From IMG/VR virus record IMGVR_UViG_3300011215_000001: a stretch of 64,000 nucleotides of DNA. The stretch is one strand, 5' to 3'. Below, piece after piece: positions 45,672 through 56,408 of the stretch. Origin of the DNA: an uncultured virus (IMG/VR IMGVR_UViG_3300011215_000001) (lineage: Duplodnaviria; Heunggongvirae; Uroviricota; Caudoviricetes). The first letter of the stretch is position 1. Every line of letters begins with the position of its first letter. The notes beneath the pieces are model-generated. The model made no database searches, was not told where the DNA came from, and saw only the letters and a program-made list of their open reading frames with translations. Made by a program: the position numbers and the translations under genes.

Positions 45672-48600
45672 ATGAGCAATACAGATTTTGATATTATAAT
45701 TGGTGCTGATACCTCCAAGATAAAAGGAGATGTCAATACAGCTTTACAAGAGATTGAAGCTAAATCCAAGATAACTATAGATTTAATTATAAAAGATGAA
45801 GCATTAAAATCTTTAGATGGTAAGATTCAACAAATAACAAAACTGATTCAAAATTTATCAGCGTTAGACAAAAATATTCAAGGTAGATTAAATTCAACAA
45901 TTAATCAACTGTCTCAAAATACTGCAAAAGCTGTAACTAGCAATACAAATCCTGCTTTGGAAAGTGTAAAGCAACTTGAAAAACAAACTGAAAAACTAAA
46001 TGATGACTTAGAAAAAACAGACAAGCTTTTAAAGAAAGTTATTAAAAAAGATGCTAATGGTAATAAGACAGAAACATATACACATTCTGTTAATGGGAAC
46101 AAAAACAATCAAGTAAAAACAAAGTTTAAAAATGGACAAAAAGATGGTACAGAACAAACACTTAATTATCAAAAAGAAAATGAAGATAAGCTAAAGTTAG
46201 AGAAAAGATTACTTGAAGAAAAAGAACGACAACTATTAAAAATTAGAGATATTGAGCGAAAAGGCAATGTCAACAAAATGATGCTTAATGGCTTGAAAAA
46301 TGCTGTGTCTAAATTAGAGCCAGAAAATTTTAAATCATTAGAGGAATTTGAACGACATCTAGATATCATTAGAGCAAAACAAGAAAAAATCGCAAGCAAT
46401 ATGAAAGATAATGAGTTCTATGGCAAGAGAAAAGATATTGTTAAAAAGAATAGGGATAAGCTTTCTTCTATTGACAAAGACCAAATGCCAGAAGAATTCA
46501 AGGATTACAGAAAAAACATCAATAAGCTTGAGAAAACTAAATCTTATGCTGAATTACTTGAAGAGCTAGAAAAAGTAGAACAAGCATATGCAAAAGTTAT
46601 TCAGAAGCAAAAAGAACTTGCCAATAGTCAAAAAGCTGATAGTGACATTTCAAAAAATTCTTTAAAGCAAGCGAATGACAAGATTAAAAGAGCAGAACAA
46701 GAAGCTAAAGGTATCAATAAAGTACATAACGAACAAGCAAAAGAAGCTCAAAAAAGAATTGATGATGAAGCTAGAGCAAGAGAAGAATACAATAAAGCTG
46801 TAAGAAAAGAAGTTGAGCAAAAAGCAAAAGAAGAATCTAAACAGTTAGAAGAACAGGCTAAAGCACTTAAAAAACAGAAAGAACGTGAAGCAAAAGAAGA
46901 AGAAAAACTTGCAGAACAAATGGGTGCAAGAAATGAGCAAACTGTCGAGAAGCGTAATAAAAATACATCTAAAGATGAAGCTAACCAAACAAAAGCTATT
47001 AATGACGAGATTGAAAGAATTGGAAGAAATACAATCAAGTTAAATAGTGAAACTGAAAAATGGAAGCAAGAAATTGAACAGATAAAAAATGGTGGATTTA
47101 TAAAAGAAGCTGATTTGCAAAAGGCTAGACAATTAATGTCTTCACTTTCTTCTGAATCGGATGATTTTGGAGATTCCCTAAAACGAGTAGAAAAAGAATT
47201 AAGAAAAGTAAAAGCTTTATCTGATGCTAGGTCTAACAATAACACTAAAGTTGAAGCTAAAAGAAGAGATAATGCACAAGATTTAAATAGATTAAGTGCT
47301 AATGATTCTATACCTAGAGAGTTAATCGACAATGCTAGAATGTTAAATAACATGCTAGATTTCAGTTCTGATTCAGAAGACTTAAAAATTGTAAGAGCAG
47401 AAATTGAAAGGATTCTTAGATTAGAGAATGAAATTATTCAAGCTAATAGAGAACAAGCTAAAATTGAAGATGCAATTGCTAGAGCAAAAGAAGGTACAAC
47501 TAGAGCTACTGATAAACAGCTAGATAGAATTCAAAGAATTAACAGAGAAATTTCTGAGCAAGTTCAAGATGAAGGAGCTAGGAATAGACTTGAACAAGAG
47601 TCTGCTAGAATAACAGCTTTAATTAATAGCCATAGAGAAAATGGAGTAAGACTTACATACGAACAAACTAGAGAAATTGAACAGCAAAGAACAGCTCTGA
47701 GTGAGATGGTTGCTCGCCAAAGACAATTAGAACAAGGTGAAGCAAGAAGACGAAATACACTTGAAAATATGGATAGAGAATATAATAGTGTAGCTTATCG
47801 TGCAACTAGAGGATTAGACAATAATCCAAGAGAACGTAATGAAATCAATGATAGAGCAAGACAAATTCGAGAAGAAATGAGTAACTTGAATAATCTAGAT
47901 GGTCATGAGTTCGATGAAGCAGTACGAAGAGTACGTCAACAAATGAATGACATGAGTAATGAATCACAAAGATTTAGAAATGAGATTCGAGATAATGCTA
48001 ATAGCTTAACTGGACAAATCGGAACAGCTATTCGTAAAATTCCTGTTTGGATGTCTGTTGCATCGATGTTCTTCGCAAGTATAAACCAAATTAAACAAGG
48101 ATTCCAATATTTACTAGAGTACGATAGTGCTATGGTACAAATAGGAAAAGTTACAGAAGCCAGTGAATTGAAACTTGAAGAATTTAAAGTTACAGCTCAT
48201 GAACTAGGTCAAGAGATGGGTGTTCTAGCATCTGACGTTATTCTTGCTGTAGCTGAATTCCAAAAACTGGGTTATACATTAGAACAGGCTAGTACACTAG
48301 GGAAAAATACTCTTTTATATGCAAACGTTGGTGATATGGATATTTCCGAAGCACAAGAACACATTGTATCTACAATAAAAGGTTTTGAGATTGCTGTTGA
48401 TTCATCTGGTGAAAGTGTAAGAAAAGTAGTTGATATGTTCAACGAAGTTGGTAACAACTATGCAATTTCGTCAGCAGGTATAGGTACAGCGTTAGAACGT
48501 TCTTCTGCGGTTTTAAAAGAGGCAGGTAATACTATAGAACAATCTATAGCATTGATTACAGCAGGTAATACAACTATTCAAGACCCTAGAAAAGTAGGTA

Positions 48601-51600
48601 CAGCTTTAAAAACAATTTCCATGAGACTACGTGGTGTAGCAGAGGAAGGCGAACAAATTACAACGCTTGTCCCACAACTAGAAAAATCCCTTGAAAGCTT
48701 AAACTTAAAGCTTAATTTAACTGGTGAAAATAAACTTACTTTACTTGAAAGTCCAGATGAATTTAAATCTACTTTTGAGATTTTTGAACAACTTCATGAA
48801 CATTGGGACAAATTCACTGATATGGAGAGAGCTAATCTCGTTGAATTAATTGGTGGTAAAGAACAAGGTTCTATTGTTTCTGCAATGATTGGAAGTTGGG
48901 AGGATGCTGTAGGAGCTTATGAAAGTGCATTAGGTTCGGCAGGTTCTGCTCAAAAAGAATTTGAGAATTATATGCAATCATTTGAATATAAGATTGGACA
49001 GTTAAAAGGAGCACTAGAAAACTTCTGGATAACATTAGTGAATGATGATGCAATAAAAGGTATTATTGATTTCCTTACTCAATCAATAGAATTACTAACT
49101 AAATTTATTGGCTCTGAGGGTGTTGGTGGTGCTGTAGTTGTAACTGAATTATTAGCGATAACAATGTTAGCCTTAAGTAAAAACATGCAAACTGCGGTTT
49201 TATCTGGTTTAACTTTAACAAAAGTTATGACAGGGTTGAAGACTGTTATCTTTAGTATTGGTAGAATGTTACCTCAACTATTGTTGTTAATGGCTGTAAC
49301 TTATGCAATCACTAAAGTAGGCGAGTTTGTGATTGGTCTACTTAACAGAGAGAAAAATGCTAGAGAAGAAAAGCTAAAAGTTCTTGAGGATGAAATCGCA
49401 AAAACAGAACAATTAAAAGAAGCTTATAAAGGCTTTGACGATAAGTTCACAAAGGGTTCAACAACAGGCGTTGATAGGCTTGCTGAGATTCAAGGTAAAA
49501 AACCAGAGAATAGAACAGATGAAGAAGAATTAGAATACAAAAAGATGGTTGAGTACCTTCAAGAAAACATGCCAGAAGCTATTATGTATTATGATTCTAT
49601 GGGTAATGCTGTAATCAGAAGTGCTAATGAAATCAAAAAAATGAATGCAGAAATTGAAAAAACAAATGCATTGTTGAAAGAAGAACAGTTTGATACTCAG
49701 CTTGAAGATGCAGACTTTACGAAATTAGATACATATATGCACAAGGTCAAGGTTGCTCAAGAAAATCTAGGAACAAGTAACATAGAAGTAGAAATGTATA
49801 GCCAAATCAAAGAATGGCTTAATAGCGAACTAACAACTCTTGAAGAAGGTACTCCAGAATACTATGCAAAAATAGATGAAATGAATAAAACTGTAATTGA
49901 GAAATTACAAGGTATGGACATAGACCCTACACAATATATGGGTATTTTTGATAGGTTATTCAGTGAAATGTTGGCAAATGGAAATATTGAACAAGCGAAT
50001 ACATTCCTTGACCAATACATAAACAGCTCAAAAACAAAAGTTGAAGCGTTTAACAAAGAGCTGAAAAAAGCTGAATCTGGTGTGAAGTCTAACATTGATA
50101 CTTTTGTAGTAATGTTAAATGATTCAATGAATATATCACTTAAGAAAAGAGGATTCACATTCAGTTCAAATGAAGGAATTCTTGCTAAAGAACTAAGTGA
50201 ATTTATGAAACATGAGTTTGCTTCAATAGATGCTGATGGTTCTAAAGATTTAATTAAGAACTTTGATAAGATGTTCCAAAATGTTTTAGATTCCCTAGAG
50301 GGAGAAAGCATTAGCTTAGATGGGCTATTTAAAATGGATGATGCTCAAGCAAGTGCTGTAATGGCTGATTCTTTAAAAAATGCAATTAATCATCTGAAAA
50401 AAGAAGGAAATGCATCAAAGGAAACAATTAATATACTTGAAGCATTAAGAGTAAAACATTTAGAAGTTGCACAATCAGCTAATCAGATGAGCGAACAGGA
50501 TACTGGTTATAGTTTCCTCAGAGATGTAATTCCACACATGGAAGCATTTGAGTCTTCTATTAGTGAACTTGACTCAGCATACAGAACACTTGCAGAAGGT
50601 CAACAATTATCAAACTCACAAATATTCTCTTTAATTAAAAACTATCCAGAGTTAAACAAAAGTATTACTGTTCAAAATGGTTACTTGCACTTGAATAAGC
50701 AAGCACTTATGGAATTAGCAAAAACAAAAGAGGCAGGGTTCAAGACTGAATTAGCAGTAGCTCAAGAGTCCATAAAAACTGCACAAGGAAGAGCAAAAGC
50801 AAACATTGCAGCAATTTTCTCCGAAGTTAAAGCTGAACAACTTTTACAGATGACAAGGCAAAAAGCTTTACAAACAGCACTTCATGATGTTAGAGACATG
50901 AGAAGTTTAACTGCAATTTCTGAAAAACTAAATTCTTACTATGATTTACAAGATGAATTAGATGCTTTAAGTACTCTGATGAACACTAACTACAGTGCGA
51001 ATTTAGGTAAATTAGGAAATGTATCTTCTCCGAAAGAAAAAGGCAAGAAGGACAAAAAAGATAAACAACTTCAAGATGGCTATTATGTTGCTGATTTATA
51101 TGCACAAGCAATGGAACGTTTGAACAATGCCATTGAACGACAACAACTTCTTCAAGACCGAAGCTCTAGTAAAAGTAAGGCACATATTAACGCTGTTAAA
51201 GAAGAGATTAGATTAAACCAAGCTAAGAAAAGTGCAATCGATGGTGAAATTGCATCACTAAAGAAACAGATAGCAAGTAAAAGTATCAAGAAAACAGGAA
51301 TGATTTCTGTTGGTAATGAAGATAACTCTACTGCAAGGAAAAAAGCAGGAGAAATACAACAGGAAATTGACCAAGCTAAATCCAAATTAATGGAATTAGA
51401 AAAAGAGTCAATGACAGTGCAAAATACTATTTATGATACTAAAATGAAATACATTGAAGCCAATGCATCTATTCATCAATATATCAGAGATAGTCTTTCT
51501 GATGATATTGCTTATGCTGAATACATGATGGGGCTTTACGATGAATCTAGTGATGGATATAGAAAGTATGCCAATGTAAGACAAGGATACAATCAAACTT

Positions 51601-54479
51601 TATTGTCAGAACATGAAAAAGAATTAGCATACCTTGAAAAAGAGAAAAAATCTAAACAGAACTTAAGTGAGGCAGGAGTAGAATCACTTAATGCAATGAT
51701 TAGAGAAAAACGAGAATCCATTCTGGAAATCAAAAATGCTATCAAAGAAACTGATAGAACAATTTTAGAATCAAATTTAGCTACTTTTGAATTGAACAGG
51801 AATTCGCTTTCAGATGATATAGCTCTTGCAGAGTATATGATGGATACGTTTGAGAAGGCAAGTGCTTCATACAGACAGTATGCAGGTGAAAAGAAAGAAT
51901 TCTTAAAAACTCAATTAGACTCTCATAAAAAGGAACTTGAATTTTTAGAAGAGAAAAAGAAAAATGCTAAAGATGATGAAACAATCAAGTATTTAAATGA
52001 GTTGATTCGTGAAAAACGAAAAGATATTTTAAGCCTAGATGAATCATTAAGGGCATTACAACAAAACATTCATGATTCTAATGTTGATGTTTTTGAAGAG
52101 AAACGAAGTAGAAGAGATGATGATATTGCATATTTAGATTACGTTATGTCTATGTATGATGGAATGTCAGAATCTTATCGAAAATATGCAAGAACAAAAG
52201 AAGAGCACATGAAGGTGATATTACAACTTCATGAAGATGAACTTGCATTCCTTGAGAACGAAAAGAAAACAAATAAAGATTTAACAAATGCTCAAATCAA
52301 TGATTTAGACAAACAAATAAGAGCCAAGAGAATGGCAATTTATGATATGTCCTCTGCATTGATTGAATTGAATAATCAAATAGCAAACTCTGAGCTTGAT
52401 GAGCAGTTATATAGAATGTCTACAGAGGCAGAGGCTTACGCAAGAAAAATCAGAGAAATCAATTCGAAAATGCAGTATGAGGTAGAAGAAGGAGAATATC
52501 ATAAAGAAATTGGTTTCCTTCGAGAAATGCTAGCTTATAAAAAAGCTGAGATTGCTGATATAAATGCAAACATATCTAAACTTCAACAAATGAAAAGGGA
52601 TAACGAAGGCAATCTAGAGGTTGTCAAAAAAATTGAGGAAGAAATCAGCAAGTGGGAAGATAGCTTAATAACAGCAAAAGAAGAAGCACAAGGCTTCTCA
52701 AAACAAATTAAAGATGCATATAAAAACATGGGCGACCAAGTTGTAGAGCTTTACAAAGAGCAATTACAACTTATGAAAAAAGCAGAAGAAGAATACTACA
52801 AAAATTCTTTAAATGATGCTAAAAAAGCTCATGAAGCAAAAATGGATTACATAAACAAAGAAATCGAAGCAATTAAAAAAGCTTACGATTTACAAAACAA
52901 AAAACTTGAAAGAGAAAAATCAACATATACATACGACAATGAATTGTCGAAATTACAAGGTGAAGCTAGTGAGCTACAAAAACAAATTGACCTTTTATCA
53001 TTAGATAATTCTTATGAAGCTAAAGCCCAAAAAGCTAAACTGATTAAAGAACTTTCTGAGAAAGAGCTAGAAATAGCAGAACTTCAAAAAGATAGAGAGT
53101 TCAAGCTGAGAGAAGACAACCTAGAAGACGATTTGGAAGCTACTCTTGATGCATTAAATGCTAAGAAAGATGCATTCCAAGAAGAGTATGATGAGTGGGT
53201 TAAAAACCAAGAAAAAATTCGTGATGAGAGAATGAAGTATTGGGAAGATGAACTTCAAAATGAACGTAAATTTGCAGAACTGAGAAGAGCTGTAATGGAA
53301 GGGAATTTTGCAGAACTACAATCATTGCTAGGAACGTGGGCTGATAATGTTTCTGGAGAAATGACTACTTTAGGTGAAATCGTTACAACCAACTTTACTG
53401 ATAAAATCAAAGAAGCCATTAAAGAACTAACTGCTCTAAGCAGAATGAATATTGGTTCATATGAAAACTCATTGAATGTAAATCCTAACAACCTTGATGG
53501 TAAAGAAGTGAATAATGGGAAACAAAATGGTGGAATTGGTTCAGATTTAGGGGCAGGTACTGACAATGATTATACTGGTGGAACAACAAAACCTCCTACA
53601 TCTGGTAGTGGCTCAAACAATAACAATACAGGCTCTGGTTCATCAAACAGTGGCAGTGGTTCAAGTGGAAGTTCAAATAGTGGCAGTGGAACAAAATACC
53701 CTAGTGGAACTGGTAGCAACAACAAAACACCTATTGTTGTAGAAGTTATTAAAGCAGGTGATTTACAAAAAGTACCTGTAGTCGGTGGAACAAAAATTCG
53801 TAGCCTAAAGGTTGGAGAAAGATATAAACATTACCATAATGAAGTAAATGGCTATTGGGATTTAGGTATCGATGCTTGGTATCCAAAAAGCTATTTGAAA
53901 GTTGTAAATACTTCTGGTTCTGGTTCTTCTTCAAGTTCTGGTAGTTCATCAAGTGGCTCTTCCTCATCAAGCTCAAGTGGAACACGAATGAAAACAACCT
54001 CTTCTTTAAACTTACGTGCTTCTGCATCATATGATGGGAAAGTATTAACTGTTATGCCAGTAGGTGCAACTGTTTCATATTTAGGTATGGTAAATGGATG
54101 GGCTAAGATACAGTATGGAAGTCAAGTAGGCTATGCAGGTAAGGATTACTTAAAATCGTTTGATACTGGTGGTTACACTGGTGAATTCGGTAGTGAAGGT
54201 AGATTAGCAGTACTTCATGAAAAAGAATTAGTCCTAAACAAAAACCAAACAAAAGATATATTACAAGCAACAAAAATAGTTGAAACATTAAGAAGAACAG
54301 CAAGTAACGTAAATTATGTAAATCAAGGTAATACATCATCGATTGAAGGTAATTCTTCTAAAACAGAAATCAATATTGAAGTTAATATTGAAAACTTAAA
54401 TGGAACTAGAAAAGAGGCAGACATAGTTTCAGAACAGATTATTACAAATCTGAAAAGAACTAAAGGAGGAAGGTTCTAA
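45672..54479 (+). CDS. tail tape measure protein with C-terminal SH3b-like domains
   Basis: 2935 aa; coiled coils, TMP core (NEVGNNYAISS..ALERSSAVL..GTALKTISMRL), G/S linkers, LNLRASASYDGKVL..GWAKIQYG SH3b, FDTGGYTG. Confidence 0.9.
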   Translation: MSNTDFDIIIGADTSKIKGDVNTALQEIEAKSKITIDLIIKDEALKSLDGKIQQITKLIQNLSALDKNIQGRLNSTINQLSQNTAKAVTSNTNPALESVKQLEKQTEKLNDDLEKTDKLLKKVIKKDANGNKTETYTHSVNGNKNNQVKTKFKNGQKDGTEQTLNYQKENEDKLKLEKRLLEEKERQLLKIRDIERKGNVNKMMLNGLKNAVSKLEPENFKSLEEFERHLDIIRAKQEKIASNMKDNEFYGKRKDIVKKNRDKLSSIDKDQMPEEFKDYRKNINKLEKTKSYAELLEELEKVEQAYAKVIQKQKELANSQKADSDISKNSLKQANDKIKRAEQEAKGINKVHNEQAKEAQKRIDDEARAREEYNKAVRKEVEQKAKEESKQLEEQAKALKKQKEREAKEEEKLAEQMGARNEQTVEKRNKNTSKDEANQTKAINDEIERIGRNTIKLNSETEKWKQEIEQIKNGGFIKEADLQKARQLMSSLSSESDDFGDSLKRVEKELRKVKALSDARSNNNTKVEAKRRDNAQDLNRLSANDSIPRELIDNARMLNNMLDFSSDSEDLKIVRAEIERILRLENEIIQANREQAKIEDAIARAKEGTTRATDKQLDRIQRINREISEQVQDEGARNRLEQESARITALINSHRENGVRLTYEQTREIEQQRTALSEMVARQRQLEQGEARRRNTLENMDREYNSVAYRATRGLDNNPRERNEINDRARQIREEMSNLNNLDGHEFDEAVRRVRQQMNDMSNESQRFRNEIRDNANSLTGQIGTAIRKIPVWMSVASMFFASINQIKQGFQYLLEYDSAMVQIGKVTEASELKLEEFKVTAHELGQEMGVLASDVILAVAEFQKLGYTLEQASTLGKNTLLYANVGDMDISEAQEHIVSTIKGFEIAVDSSGESVRKVVDMFNEVGNNYAISSAGIGTALERSSAVLKEAGNTIEQSIALITAGNTTIQDPRKVGTALKTISMRLRGVAEEGEQITTLVPQLEKSLESLNLKLNLTGENKLTLLESPDEFKSTFEIFEQLHEHWDKFTDMERANLVELIGGKEQGSIVSAMIGSWEDAVGAYESALGSAGSAQKEFENYMQSFEYKIGQLKGALENFWITLVNDDAIKGIIDFLTQSIELLTKFIGSEGVGGAVVVTELLAITMLALSKNMQTAVLSGLTLTKVMTGLKTVIFSIGRMLPQLLLLMAVTYAITKVGEFVIGLLNREKNAREEKLKVLEDEIAKTEQLKEAYKGFDDKFTKGSTTGVDRLAEIQGKKPENRTDEEELEYKKMVEYLQENMPEAIMYYDSMGNAVIRSANEIKKMNAEIEKTNALLKEEQFDTQLEDADFTKLDTYMHKVKVAQENLGTSNIEVEMYSQIKEWLNSELTTLEEGTPEYYAKIDEMNKTVIEKLQGMDIDPTQYMGIFDRLFSEMLANGNIEQANTFLDQYINSSKTKVEAFNKELKKAESGVKSNIDTFVVMLNDSMNISLKKRGFTFSSNEGILAKELSEFMKHEFASIDADGSKDLIKNFDKMFQNVLDSLEGESISLDGLFKMDDAQASAVMADSLKNAINHLKKEGNASKETINILEALRVKHLEVAQSANQMSEQDTGYSFLRDVIPHMEAFESSISELDSAYRTLAEGQQLSNSQIFSLIKNYPELNKSITVQNGYLHLNKQALMELAKTKEAGFKTELAVAQESIKTAQGRAKANIAAIFSEVKAEQLLQMTRQKALQTALHDVRDMRSLTAISEKLNSYYDLQDELDALSTLMNTNYSANLGKLGNVSSPKEKGKKDKKDKQLQDGYYVADLYAQAMERLNNAIERQQLLQDRSSSKSKAHINAVKEEIRLNQAKKSAIDGEIASLKKQIASKSIKKTGMISVGNEDNSTARKKAGEIQQEIDQAKSKLMELEKESMTVQNTIYDTKMKYIEANASIHQYIRDSLSDDIAYAEYMMGLYDESSDGYRKYANVRQGYNQTLLSEHEKELAYLEKEKKSKQNLSEAGVESLNAMIREKRESILEIKNAIKETDRTILESNLATFELNRNSLSDDIALAEYMMDTFEKASASYRQYAGEKKEFLKTQLDSHKKELEFLEEKKKNAKDDETIKYLNELIREKRKDILSLDESLRALQQNIHDSNVDVFEEKRSRRDDDIAYLDYVMSMYDGMSESYRKYARTKEEHMKVILQLHEDELAFLENEKKTNKDLTNAQINDLDKQIRAKRMAIYDMSSALIELNNQIANSELDEQLYRMSTEAEAYARKIREINSKMQYEVEEGEYHKEIGFLREMLAYKKAEIADINANISKLQQMKRDNEGNLEVVKKIEEEISKWEDSLITAKEEAQGFSKQIKDAYKNMGDQVVELYKEQLQLMKKAEEEYYKNSLNDAKKAHEAKMDYINKEIEAIKKAYDLQNKKLEREKSTYTYDNELSKLQGEASELQKQIDLLSLDNSYEAKAQKAKLIKELSEKELEIAELQKDREFKLREDNLEDDLEATLDALNAKKDAFQEEYDEWVKNQEKIRDERMKYWEDELQNERKFAELRRAVMEGNFAELQSLLGTWADNVSGEMTTLGEIVTTNFTDKIKEAIKELTALSRMNIGSYENSLNVNPNNLDGKEVNNGKQNGGIGSDLGAGTDNDYTGGTTKPPTSGSGSNNNNTGSGSSNSGSGSSGSSNSGSGTKYPSGTGSNNKTPIVVEVIKAGDLQKVPVVGGTKIRSLKVGERYKHYHNEVNGYWDLGIDAWYPKSYLKVVNTSGSGSSSSSGSSSSGSSSSSSSGTRMKTTSSLNLRASASYDGKVLTVMPVGATVSYLGMVNGWAKIQYGSQVGYAGKDYLKSFDTGGYTGEFGSEGRLAVLHEKELVLNKNQTKDILQATKIVETLRRTASNVNYVNQGNTSSIEGNSSKTEINIEVNIENLNGTRKEADIVSEQIITNLKRTKGGRF

Positions 54480-55087
54480 TGCTAGAAAATATACATTTTT
54501 CATATGATGGGCTTAAGTCTGTCGATATGGGATTGTGGAATTGTAAAATTGAGGGTGGAATGTTTGAAGAAACATTCCTTCCTTCTAGAGATATTCGAGA
54601 GACTAAGGTTGCAAACAATAATAAGCCTTATTTCCAAAGGCTTGAGTATAACCCCCTAGACTTTAACTTAACATTTGCAATCATAGATAAGTATGATGAA
54701 AAAAGGATTAGAGACATTGCAAGGTGGCTTTGTCAACCATACTACAAAGAATTTTATACGAATGATAACCCAAATAGAATTTTCTATTGTATGTATACTG
54801 GTGATACAAAGCTAATTCATAATGGACTAAAAGAAGGTTATATTACTCTCAACATGAGATGTGATAGCTCGTATAGCTATACACCAAAGTATAAGAAAGA
54901 CAATCTCGACTTTGGCTTGTCAAAAGTTGCAAAAAAGCATGAAGATAACACTTTTAATAGTGGGATGGGAATTCAAAAAAATATTAAGATAAATAATGAT
55001 TCGAGTATGTCTATCGAGAGCTCTGCTCCTAGATGGTCAGATTTCGAAGGAATGAAGTGGAGTGATATTATTGATAAAGACATCTAA
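54479..55087 (+). CDS. distal tail protein, N-terminal part
   Basis: FSYDGLKSVDMG, IARWL..YKE, GYITLNMRCDSSYSY. Confidence 0.7.
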   Translation: MLENIHFSYDGLKSVDMGLWNCKIEGGMFEETFLPSRDIRETKVANNNKPYFQRLEYNPLDFNLTFAIIDKYDEKRIRDIARWLCQPYYKEFYTNDNPNRIFYCMYTGDTKLIHNGLKEGYITLNMRCDSSYSYTPKYKKDNLDFGLSKVAKKHEDNTFNSGMGIQKNIKINNDSSMSIESSAPRWSDFEGMKWSDIIDKDI

Positions 55088-55718
55088 CCATGAGTTAAGT
55101 AAGCCTCAAAAAGAGGATTTAATTATAGAAACTTTACAACATATTTCTGAAAACATGGATAAAATTGATGAGTTGCTTGATGCCAAAGCGACTGTACTGA
55201 ATACTTTTCTAATACCAAAAAAAATATACCCACTAGGATTTAAAGTATGGAATATAAATCCTATTGTGGGGGGGAATGCAGGGTGGATTAATGTTAGAGA
55301 TGGCATGTTCGCCCCTACATGGCAGAAACAAACAACTTATAATATAGGTGATTTAATTATTTCAGAAGACAAGAATGGTCACATATATTCATGTGTTGAG
55401 ACAGGAGTTAGTGCTCCACTCTCGCCAACCATGAACACTGCAACTGATTCGTTAACTTATGATTTGCAAGGTGCTTCTGCATGGATTCCTAACCATGTAT
55501 ACGATGTGAATGATATAGTCATTTCCACTGATGGCAACAAGCTTTACTATTATAGATGCACAAAGGATGGTCTAACAGATTTTAATGAGCCAAAATGGGC
55601 TTTAGCATCTGGGATGATAGTACAAGATGGAACTGTAACATGGCAATCGTACAAAACAGTACAATGGAAAGAAGTTGGAACTTCTTGTGAGTTTAGAGAG
55701 TTCGGACAAATTCTATAG
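55062..55718 (+). CDS. baseplate protein with two carbohydrate-binding-like repeats
   Basis: WQKQTTYNIGDLI and WIPNHVYDVNDIV (CBM5/12-like). Confidence 0.6.
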   Translation: MILLIKTSNHELSKPQKEDLIIETLQHISENMDKIDELLDAKATVLNTFLIPKKIYPLGFKVWNINPIVGGNAGWINVRDGMFAPTWQKQTTYNIGDLIISEDKNGHIYSCVETGVSAPLSPTMNTATDSLTYDLQGASAWIPNHVYDVNDIVISTDGNKLYYYRCTKDGLTDFNEPKWALASGMIVQDGTVTWQSYKTVQWKEVGTSCEFREFGQIL

Positions 55719-55726
55719 GTGATGAT

Positions 55727-56377
55727 ATGAATAGATGGATAGATTTATATAATTTAAAAGCTACATTTGAATCCGACAGCATAAAGTTGGATTCAATGTA
55801 CGATTTTTATATTACTAAAATTACACCAATTTATGAAGCAAATGATGGTTTGGTTAAAGTATACATTAAAACAAGTTTTGATGATGGTTTAACTTGGGGA
55901 GAATGGCATGATATCGAAGATACATTTTATGTAAATGAATTTGATAGTGGAGAGACACAATTGAATGAGTTCATGATGAAATATAAGGTTCTAATGGACA
56001 TGTCGAATAAATATGATGGAGTCTCACCAATATTTAAAGGGATATCGTTTGAACTTACAGGTGCAAATAAAATTGTAAACTATGGAGATGTAGTTTGTAA
56101 GCCAGAGCTATGGATAAGAAAAACAAATAAATCTGGTGATATAAAAATTATTAACGAAACAAATAACATTGAGTTAGAAATCAAGAATGTAAACTTAGGA
56201 GAAGAAATTTATATTGATTGTGAAAACATGGATATTGTAAGTAGTCTATCTTATGTGTATAGATACAATGACCACAATGGTCAATTCTTAGAATTAGAAG
56301 TTGGAAGTAACATCTTACATGCAGAAGGTGATTTTCAATTAGATATGAGATATGAATTTAAAACTCTACAAGGATAA
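55727..56377 (+). CDS. distal tail protein, C-terminal part
   Basis: IVNYGDVVCKPELWI...IYIDCEN...FLELEVGSN..YEFK. Confidence 0.65.
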   Translation: MNRWIDLYNLKATFESDSIKLDSMYDFYITKITPIYEANDGLVKVYIKTSFDDGLTWGEWHDIEDTFYVNEFDSGETQLNEFMMKYKVLMDMSNKYDGVSPIFKGISFELTGANKIVNYGDVVCKPELWIRKTNKSGDIKIINETNNIELEIKNVNLGEEIYIDCENMDIVSSLSYVYRYNDHNGQFLELEVGSNILHAEGDFQLDMRYEFKTLQG

Positions 56378-56408
56378 CTAATACTTAATAAAAAGGAGTG
56401 AGAAATAA

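Noticed and set aside
53600..53985. Low-complexity repeats as a DNA-level VNTR
   Set aside because: Encode Gly/Ser linkers with varied codons
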